A stretch of 64,000 nucleotides of DNA, taken from the NCBI RefSeq assembly GCF_009914755.1, contig NC_060934.1; one strand, 5' to 3'. The DNA is from the human T2T-CHM13v2.0 reference genome, Homo sapiens. Under the pieces are notes generated by a model. It was not told the origin of the DNA. It searched no databases and was given only the letters and a program-made list of their open reading frames with translations. Positions 54,808 to 64,000 of this stretch are shown piece after piece. A program made the position numbers and the translations under genes. The stretch's first letter is position 1, and each line of letters opens with the position of its first letter.

Positions 54808-55809
54808 GGCTCTCAGCCACCATGCATCAAGAATTAATGGTGCGCACTTCACTGCCTCAGCTCAAGATGATGTGTAATCATTTCTGCGCAAAGCCCACAG
54901 GACTAGTCTCCCAGCTCTGACTAACAGCAAGTAAGATAGGGAATGTGAGAAATAAATGAAACGTTCAGTAACCCTCTGTTTACCCTTCACTTCCTTGTGT
55001 CTAGGGATAACGTCTAATTCCCTGTTGTATCCCTAGTACTTAGTGAAATGTCTGCCATTCGCCAGTATTCAGTATATGTTCCCATTGACTAACAAATGAA
55101 GAATTTTAAGAACTGTTTACCTATTGAATTTAGTACAAAAAAGTTTCCAAAATGATAGTGAAGTTACATTACACGTTTATGTAATTGAAAAAATGGTGTG
55201 AAAAAAAGAATTTATTTTTAAAGAAAATATGAGGAATCTTCATTTTAAATCTGTAGAATTGAGACACTGGAAGGCTAACTGGATAGAAATAGTGCAGTAT
55301 ATGTTAGGAGAGAGATCAGGAATTGAGGTTAAATTACCAAAAGAGGTGATAATTGCAATGATGATGGGTGTATACAACTGCCAAAGTTACAGAACTTACA
55401 AAAGCTGCCAGTTTAAATATATTGTTAAGTGAAGCAGATGCTTGTTCTCACTATTGGTACTAAAATGTGTTAACTATTCAAAAATAAAATGTAATTCATC
55501 TCTATTAAAAATGATGAAGTACCCTTGAGGATAGCTTCATCAGATACATAATATTTATGAAGAAAATGATTTATCTTTAACATTCCCTGATTACCATCAC
55601 TTGACTGGGCTCACTCCCTCACTAGGCATGTAAAGTACTCATTCTTTATACCAAAGCTAATTTGTGCTTGTTTTCATATTGCTTGGTAAAATGTTTTAAA
55701 ACCATGCCTGTATGTATGCTATCTACCCGCAGATAATTTGGAGTTTCTAAGATGCTATTTTCTATTTTTCTTACTTTCCTTCAATTTAGTTTTGTTTAAA
55801 ATTTATACT

Positions 55810-56050
55810 GGGCTTACTTAATGCCAGGCACTGTTCTAAGCACTTGGCAAATGTTTTCTCACTTAATTTTTATAATAATCTTAAGAGATGTGTACTATTA
55901 TTTTCTCTTCCTGATTAAAAGATGAGGAAACTGAGGCATGGAGTGATTAATTTGCCCAAGACCACAGATCAAGTGATGAAGCTGAATTCAGGCACAAGCA
56001 GTCTCACCCCAAGCTCATGTCCATAAATACCATTCCTTGTATCCTTTCTA
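55810..56050 (-). mobile_element. MIRb
   Basis: tgccaggcactgttctaagcac...agatgaggaaactgaggcatggag...ttgcccaagaccacag. Confidence 0.88.
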
Positions 56051-56349
56051 TGTTTGGGCGGTCAACTACATGACCAGCCCTGATGAATCTAAAGGAGCCT
56101 AAGGATGCCAAGAAGAGCTAGTCATACTCTACCCTTGAGGATCCACAGGCTTACACCATCCCACAATTCACTGCAGTGTTCTCTACCCAAAAGAGAACCA
56201 AAGTAGCCTAAAACTGTCTTTTAGCTCCTTGTAACAAACCCATTAATCTCACAGAAAGAGTATTGCATTGGTATATACATAATGAGCAACATTAGCTAAT
56301 ACCCTGCTTTCTCATCAAATTATATCATAACAATGTCTACTTCTTTGAA

Positions 56350-58465
56350 TTTTATTTTTGAAATAATTTTAGATTGACAAAAACATTGAAAAAATACACT
56401 GGGGGTTCCCATATACCCCTTCACCCAGTGTCCCATAATTATAAAATCTTGTATCCCATAGTACAAATAGCAACATATATAAATGAATGTTGATTGGTAT
56501 GATATGATTAACTAAACTATGGACTTTATTAATATTTCATAAATTTTTCCACTCATAGATTTACTGCTGTTGTTCTAGGTTCCAATCCAAGATCTGGAAT
56601 TGCCCTTCTTTGCTAGTCTCTTTAATCTCTTCCAATCTGTAAAAAAATCCAGTCTTTAGTTTTCTTTTATGAACTCAACACTTTTGAAGAGTACTGGCCA
56701 GTTAATTTGACATACATCTTTAATTAGGGTTTGTTTGATGTTTTATTATGAAGGTTGAATATTCATTATCAACAAGAGTACCACAGAAGCAATGTACCTG
56801 TCTCAGTGCATCATATTAGACTGTAGATGTCAATATGTCTTATTACTGGAGAACTGTGATAATCAAATGAAGGTGACTTTGCCTTAGTTTCTTGATTGAA
56901 AATATATTACTTTTTCATTTTTAATGAGTGATTTGAGACTATGCAAGTATCCTGTTTCTCTTCAAATTTTTGCTTACTAATTTGCATCCCTTGGAGGCTC
57001 CTACCCAAAACAATTACTACCCCAGGGTTCTAGTGGTGATTTTCTTTCTTTCTCTTCCTTCTTCATTTATTTGTTGAAATTCTTCATAAGAAAGAGCTGT
57101 GTATTATTCACCAGTTATTTATTCATTTGATTTATTTATTTCAGTACAGAATTTTAGATATTTATTTTCTTTGGAGGTTATAGTCCATTAATACTACTAC
57201 TACAGTTTTGTGGTCCAAAATGTTCCAATTTTTAAAACTGACAACTCTGTTGGTTTTTTTCCTTGACCTTTTGACAAGCCACCCATCTTTTTTTGGAGCA
57301 TATCCTTACTTTCTGGTACCACAAGATGCTCCAGGCCCATCTGCTATTTTTTTCTGCCCCACTTCTGGAATATACCACTTCTTCAAGATTGCTTTTATTG
57401 GTATTTGAGGCTTAGAAACAGAGATCTTGGAATATGCTATACTGAATGCTGCAGAGTGTCATTATTTCTAGGCTCTCTTAGCTGATAAAGTTTAGGAAAT
57501 AGATGTCTGTATAGTAATTCGGGCTTACATATACACCCATATGTATTTCCTATCTGCCTATTTATCTACCCATCTATCTTCTATTTTCCATCCATCATCT
57601 ATCTATCTATCTAATCTATGAATCTACTTATTAAAAATAAATCAAGATAATTCTGATACCTCCAATTCAAATCAAACATCAAGGGTTAATTCTAGCCTTT
57701 TCAAGGATGTTGGAGCTTCCTCCAACAGCAAGAATTTTGGCTGTAATTGCTACAATATATTTATTTAGTTGTTCTACCCTAGGGCCTGCTAGTTTTAGAA
57801 TTGCTAACTCATACACCTGTGAACTATTTTCTAACTTGAATAGAAAATTTATGTATTGTACATTTTGACTTTAGTCTTAAATCACCCAATCAAAATCCTA
57901 TTTTCCAGTGTTAAGTACGTTCTTTTATTTCCCTATATACCTCTTCATTGTATTATTCTCATTAATACAGTTAGTTCATTTGGTTTGGTTTGTGTTCCAT
58001 TTTCTGAATATAGTAAAATCACCTTTGGGATACATAATTCTACTGGTTTCAACAAGTGCACAGAGTGGTGTATCTACTATCACAGTCATGATATAGAAGA
58101 GCTGGATCAACCCAGTAAATTCTCTTGTGCTGTCCCTTTATACTCAATTATACCCCCCATTCACTCCAATTTGTGAATATCACTGATGCTTCTTATCGTT
58201 TTCCATCCTATAGTTTTGCCTTTTCCAAAATGTCATATAAATTGAATCATACAGAATATAGACCTTGTTTATATCTTCTTTCACTTAGAAATATGCATTT
58301 ATTACTCATGATATTTTACATAAATCAATACTTTGTTCTCCTTTATTGCTCAGTAGGATTCCATCGCATGCATGCACGCATAGTTTGTCTATCCATTCAC
58401 TGGGTGAAGGCTATCATGATTGTTTCCAATTTGTGGTAAACATAAACGAAGCTGTTATAAGCATT
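56350..58465 (-). mobile_element. L1MC4-like 3' region
   Basis: ttttgaaataattttagattgac, ttcccatataccccttcacccag, tttctggtaccacaagatgctccaggcccat, ttttgccttttccaaaatgtcatata. Confidence 0.85.
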
Positions 58466-60273
58466 CAGAACTCTCAAAGTGCACAGCTAAGAGACAGCCT
58501 GATAAATGAATAATTTTGTTGCAAGAATTTGCTGAACTAAAAACTCAATATTGGCAAAGGAGGAAACAATATCAGAGAGGTTCATTGATACCTAAAGCTA
58601 CAGTTAGAAAGAGAGAACTGGGATTGGAATTGACAGTGTCTTTGAGACACTGGCTATGCAGTAGCTATACAGGTCATGTGAGTGGCTATACAAGCCAACC
58701 TAGGCTCAAAATGTGCAGTGATAGGGACTATTGCCTGTGATCACAAATTTTCGCATCTTTTATTTTCTTCAGTTCCAGCAGGTTCCCAGCTGCATTCCTG
58801 TTGCTAAGTGAGTCACTCTGAATATCTGAGGTTCAGTGCATTAACGTGGAGCACAGTGTTTGTTTTGAAAGTCATTCATGAAATAATAACCAATGTTCAC
58901 CAGCACAATAAGTTCTATGAGCATCTAAAAAGCAGAAGTCTGCTTAATTAATGTGTGTTTCCCCAGGTATATATGAATTGAGAAAATTGTATTGTATCTG
59001 AGTCAATAAACACATTAAGCAGCAGCAATTATTGGAATGAGAACATTAAGAACAATGCAGTCTTAGATCCAAAGTTAGATGAGCCCATCAGAGTTCCAAC
59101 TATTCACAAATGAGAAAAATTGAAAAAGCTCATGCTGCTATGTATATGTCACAAATAATTTGCAAATGCATTATTTTAGAAATCTTACCTGACTATGGTT
59201 TTCCTGAAAACCCTATTTCACAAACTTGTGTTAGAATAGGACTTGAGATGCATTTAGAAGAAGTATAGTTTCTTTGGCTTTGTTTGAGGTAGAATAGAAA
59301 GAAACACCAGGATATGACATTTAGAAATGGCCTATCTTCAGATGTAAAGAACTATTTGGGTTAATTTTTTAATTGATAATTTGATGAGATTTAGGGATAT
59401 TGGCAGTGAAGGGATAATTGCAAGACATTAAAATTGTGGAGAAACAAGCTTCTGAAATACTTAAAACTGAAATGAATAGTCCTGCAATAATTTCCCCCTC
59501 TGATACAGAGTAAAGAGATAATCAGTAGTCTGTGTTTTTCTTTCTCCTCACCTGCCTCTCAAAATATCACAGGTTTTCTCATCACAATTGTATTTCACAG
59601 GAATGGTGTGAAGATAAGTGAGTTACCATTTGTAAAACACTTTCATGTCAGAGGTGCTACACTTAAAGATAGTGAGAAAGTAGAAAGAAAATAGGTGACA
59701 ACTTGTTGAAAAATCTGTCATTGTCCATTTATGGATAACTTCAGGGTGGCTCATGGTAAAATCTTCACCCAAAGGTATGTGAATCTATTTGCACAAAGTA
59801 GCATGCTGAGTATTGTACAAAGCACACTAAACATCTTTTAAGTCACTTTGAAAATGGCAACAGTCTCAGGGAGGAACATACAGAAGGCTATGCTGCTATG
59901 TTGATACATCTAAGACAACTGAGAGAAAAAAATATGCAGGGTAAAATAAACTTCCCATTACAAAAGCAACAAAGAAAAACACAAGTTAAACTTTCCTACA
60001 TGTACTGCAAATTTAATGGGTCTAATGCAGTTTTTGCTTGTTCTCTAGGGTTCATATCTTCAGTAATTACTGCACTCAACCATTCAGTCTTCCAAGTTAG
60101 AATGAATGACTAAGCCATGATTCGTTTTTCTTGCTTTGATCTATCAGCCACTAAATCCTGACATGTTCCCCTCTAAGTCTTCATAAGAGATACTGCTATA
60201 CTCTTTTACAATTTCTAACAACTCTATAACTATTTTCTAACTGGCATCTTTGCCTTTAACTTATTTAATCCTC

Positions 60274-61013
60274 TGTATTAGTCCAGGTTCTCCAGAGAAA
60301 GAGAACTAATAGAATACAAATGCACATAAAAGGTATAATGTGAGGAGCTGGCTTGCATGGTCATGGAGGCTGAAAAGTCTGCTATCAGGAGGACCAGGAA
60401 AGCCAGAAGTGTCATTCAGTCTGAGTGTGAGAGCCTGAGAACCAGGGGAGCCCATGATGTAAATCCCAGCTGAAGAACCAGAGAAGAAAAGATAAGATGT
60501 CCTATGGGTGTCAATGTGTGTGTGGCAGGTCTCTTGAAGACAGCATACTATTGGGCCTTAATTTTTTATCCAGAGTGCTGCTCTGTGCCTTTTAAATGGG
60601 GTCATTTAGTTCATTTACATTAAAGGTTAGTATTGATATGTGTGGATTTGTTCTGGGTGACAAAGTAATCTGTACAGCAAATCCCCATGGACTTGAGTTT
60701 ACCTATAAAACAAACCTGCACATGTACCCTTCAACCTAAAATAAAAGTTAAAATAAAAAGATGAGATGTCCCAGCTCAAGCAGTGATGCAGGAAAAAAAA
60801 CACACATTTTCCTTTATGCCACCTTTTGTTTTCTTTAGATTTTTAACAGATGAGATGATGCCTGACCACGCAGGGGAGGGCCGTCTATCTCATGGAGTTT
60901 ACCAACATAAATGTTATTCTTGTCCAGAGACACTCTCACAGATGCACCAACAGGCAAGGTTTAATCTGGGTTCCCCGTGTCCCACTCACCATTGACACAC
61001 CATTAACTATCAC
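60274..61013 (-). mobile_element. MLT2B-like ERVL solo LTR, interrupted by a twin-primed L1
   Basis: tgtattagtccaggttctccagagaaa...cctgagaaccaggggagcc...gatgtcccagctcaagcag...attaactatcaca. Confidence 0.88.
60503..60755 (+). mobile_element. Twin-primed L1PA insertion: inverted ORF2-start piece (60503-60652) plus sense 3' tip (60653-60755)
   Basis: TSD aaaagataagatgtcc (60487-60502) / aaaagatgagatgtcc (60756-60771); the inverted piece reads aaatccacacatatcaatactaacctttaatgtaaatg on the minus strand; tip aacaaacctgcacatgtaccc..aataaaagtt. Confidence 0.88.
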
Positions 61014-61089
61014 ACTCACCAACTCTACAACTCAGTCTAATAACTGTTACCAGAATTGTACTGGCCCACACATGTGTGCACTTGCACAC

Positions 61090-61473
61090 TGTTAAAAGAA
61101 AAACTTTAGCCAAACTAAATTTAAAAGAGGGTAATTGAGAAAAGAATGATTCATGAATCAGACAGCCTCCAGAACCAGAGTAGGCTCAGAGACTCCAGTG
61201 CAGCCACATGGTGGAAGAAAATTTATGGACAGAAAAAGGAAAGTGATATACAGAAAACAGAAGTGAGGTACAGCCAATCTGGCTGTTTGCCTTATTTGAA
61301 CATGGTTTGAAAAGTTGCGAACTTTTCATTGGCAAAAACTCAGTGATTGGCACAAGAATAGGCTACAGTCTGTTTACAAGTCCATTTAGGTTATAGTCAC
61401 AATGTACACAGAAACCTTTACACCAAACTTAATATATGTGAGGAGGCAGCTTTAGGCTAAAATTGATTTAACA
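61090..61473 (-). mobile_element. MER57-like ERV1 solo LTR with TSD
   Basis: tgttaaaagaaaaacttt...gcagctttaggctaaaattgatttaaca; cacac at 61085-89 and 61474-78. Confidence 0.88.
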
Positions 61474-61479
61474 CACACC

Positions 61480-62035
61480 ATTCCTGATGCCCACAAAATG
61501 ACTCTGCTGATGCTTTTTCCCAATATAATCGAATTTGGGAACACTAGTCTTGCAGTCTAACATGTTTGATCTTCCTCACTTGTCTCTGAAACTTGATCTC
61601 TTACCTCTCTCCTACTGTGAGCTAAGTTCTATCGATAATGAGGAATTTGCAGTTCCCAAATACGTCATGCTTTACTGACATTATGATCTTTGAGCTGCCT
61701 TTTCTTCTGTCTGTAATACTATGTTCCTATTTCCTCAAATGGAAAAAAATCCTCATCTTCGTTGGGTTAGGACATTATCTTTTTTGCAAAGTTTCTCAGG
61801 ACTCAGATTTCCCTCTTTTTTTCTGCATCTTTCTTTGCTATTTTACTTATTGCACTGTATTGCAGTTACCCATTTATCTATGTGTGTAAGTATGTGCTTA
61901 TGTTTTTCTTTTCCCACCTTGCCCGCTGTGAACTCTTTAAAGGAATGGAAGTGTATCTCATTTCTGTACCCCTGGAGCCCATCACAGGTCCTGGCACATA
62001 ATTTATGTTCAATAAATATTTAAGAAAGGATGAAA
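61480..62035 (+). mobile_element. L2 3' end
   Basis: ctgtgaactctttaaagga...cctggcacataatttatgttcaataaatattt. Confidence 0.7.
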
Positions 62036-62886
62036 GAGAAGGAAGAAGTACAAGGAAAGGAGTGGGGAAAATCAAGGAAGGGAGGTAAGGAAGGCAGGGG
62101 AAGTCTTTCCTTTATAACTATGACACTTGAAACTCAAATATATTTTCCCTAGGAAACACTATTATGGTAGCCCCAAATGGGAATTAGATCACAACAAAAT
62201 TTACTTTACCAATTTGTTTAGTGCATACCTGATGTGTAATTTGCATGAAGAAATGTAACACATGAAAGCAGCCCTTCCTTATAAAAAGGAAACTGTATGA
62301 TGACATGCAAGGCGCAAGATCTGGATTCATCATTGATTGGAAATTTGAGATTGGTAAGATGCTGTAAACAGCCTTGAGATAAATTATTAGGATAGTACAC
62401 ACAAGACGTTTCATTTTCACTAGAAACCATATTTCCTATTTATTGTAACATTTAATCATGTATTTTGTTGTTACATTTGGAAATAAGTTTTGCCTAACAT
62501 GATAGATTGATGAACCAAATCACGGAGCTATCCTCTAAGGCTTTGTCGGTTTATAAGACAGAATACACTTCTCGAATCTGAAGCATATAAAACATAAATA
62601 AATATGTGCATTTTGAAACGCATTTTGTTTCCCTTATCATGAGTGATACTGGTTCCCTAATAGAGGATTCTATTTAAAATACACAGAATATGGAATTAAA
62701 GGACCTTAATGTTGATAATTATAACCAGTATTTGAACACGATTTTCAGTAACTATGTCCTTTTGGGGTCTTGGGATATCTTTAGGCAACAATCTAGCATA
62801 CAAAGTATATGATTTTTAAATTAATATTATTGTATTTCTCACAATAAAAGATAGTGCTTGAAATTCTTCTAGCCGGTTCCAAAAGT

Positions 62887-63012
62887 AATTCTGGACTAAG
62901 ATTATATAGAAAAAAGAGAAAGTCCTTCTCCCATGTCACAGTTTATAGAATTCTGGGTGAAGATTATATAGAAGAAAGAGAAAAAGTCCTTCTCCCATGT
63001 CACAGGTTATAG
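62887..63012. repeat. ~62-bp diverged tandem duplication
   Basis: aattctgg...agattatatagaa...aaagtccttctcccatgtcacag.ttatag at 62887-62948 and 62949-63012. Confidence 0.93.
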
Positions 63013-63092
63013 TACTTCAGTGTCAACTCCTGCCATCACTTTTACTTTCAAGAATTTAAGAGCCTAGCTAGCTGACTAAAGCAATCTTTACA

Positions 63093-63500
63093 TTATTTAG
63101 TGAAATTTGCTCACATGATTAAGGAGGCTGAGAAGTCCCACAATCAGCTGCCTGCAAGCTGAAAAGACAGGAAACCTGGCAATATCAATTCAGTCTGAAT
63201 CCAAGGGCCTGAAAAGCAGAGAAGCCAATGGTGTGAGTCTCAGTCCAAAGACAAGAAATGACTAATTCCAGCTCAAGCAGTCAGACAGGAAGCAAAAAGG
63301 GTGAGTTCCTCCTTCTTCCACTTCTTGTTCTATTCAGGCCCTCAACTGATGGATAATGTTATTGGTGTTACTGAGTGCACCAATTCAAATGCCATTGTCA
63401 TCCAGAAACACCCTCACAGGCATATCCTGAAATGATGTTTAGTCAAATGTCTGGGCAGTCCATGATCTAGTCACACTGACACATAAAATTAACCATCACA
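63093..63500 (-). mobile_element. MLT2B-like ERVL LTR (one end missing)
   Basis: ggaggctgagaagtcccacaatc...ccagctcaagcagtcag...catccagaaacaccctcacag...tgacacataaaattaaccatcaca. Confidence 0.88.
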
Positions 63501-64000
63501 GCTATGAAGCCTCCATATAAAGTAACTTTAGTGTCTTTCCCATGTCCATTACAAAAAACAGTAAAAAGTATAAAAATTATAGGTAAAATTTGCACACCTC
63601 TTTCAGGAATACTGAAAGGAACATACTTATAAAAGTGAATAGCAAGTATTATGGTGAATCACTCAGGAATTGAGGTGACTCACAGAGGAGACTCCTCGAT
63701 ACTCCTTTGTCCAGTTATGATGATAAATTGACTATAGCAGCAGCCATGGCCAGAGAAAGCTTTGGTGATGATAGTGGCTCATTCCACTAGGCAAGCCACA
63801 TAGACCAACAGAGCGGGCAGCTGAGGGTGACGAGAATTTAAAATAAGCAGGAGAGTAAGGGAGGAGATAAGTGTTGGCTTGTAAGCTGCAAGCAATAAGA
63901 ACTACAGTTTATCCAACTAACATTCCTCTTTTTAAGTTGCCCAGGAAGAGAGGCCAGACATAATCTTGGGGGAGCTGTTCTCAGATGGGGTGAATATCCC

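Noticed and set aside
60274-63500. Two co-oriented MLT2B LTRs as the ends of one provirus
   Set aside because: The interval holds older L2 and unique sequence rather than ERVL internal sequence, so these are independent solo LTRs
63715-63825. Possible C/D-box snoRNA (TGATGA ... CTGA)
   Set aside because: No terminal stem, no recognisable rRNA guide and no host gene

Overview
This is AT-rich primate genomic DNA, most likely human or another ape given the AluY and young L1PA content. I recognise no intact protein-coding gene, tRNA, rRNA or snRNA, and the supplied ORFs are almost all chance or repeat-derived. The window opens with a 5'-complete processed HSP90AB1 pseudogene (minus strand, ~105-1424) that sits inside an ancient L1 and is itself cut by an Alu. 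The rest is mostly layered transposon debris: long decayed L1M/L1MC/L1MD/L1ME copies, L1PA fragments, 13 Alus, MIR/L2, MaLR LTRs (THE1, MST, MLT1), ERVL LTRs (MLT2B, LTR16), ERV1 solo LTRs, and a decayed ~6.5 kb ERVL (LTR16/HERV16-type) provirus with five nested insertions. I did not find a new biological system. The best leads are (i) a tail-less, TSD-less young L1PA ORF2 fragment inserted antisense at the homologous ORF2 position of an old L1, (ii) a ~250 bp twin-primed L1 that joins the ORF2 start to the extreme 3' tip, (iii) two non-repeat, motif-dense enhancer candidates (~9.8-10.2 kb and ~38.8-39.6 kb), and (iv) small clusters of tandem duplications and inverted repeats. Repeat subfamily names come from my memory of consensus sequences. 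Repeat boundaries are approximate unless a TSD is quoted.
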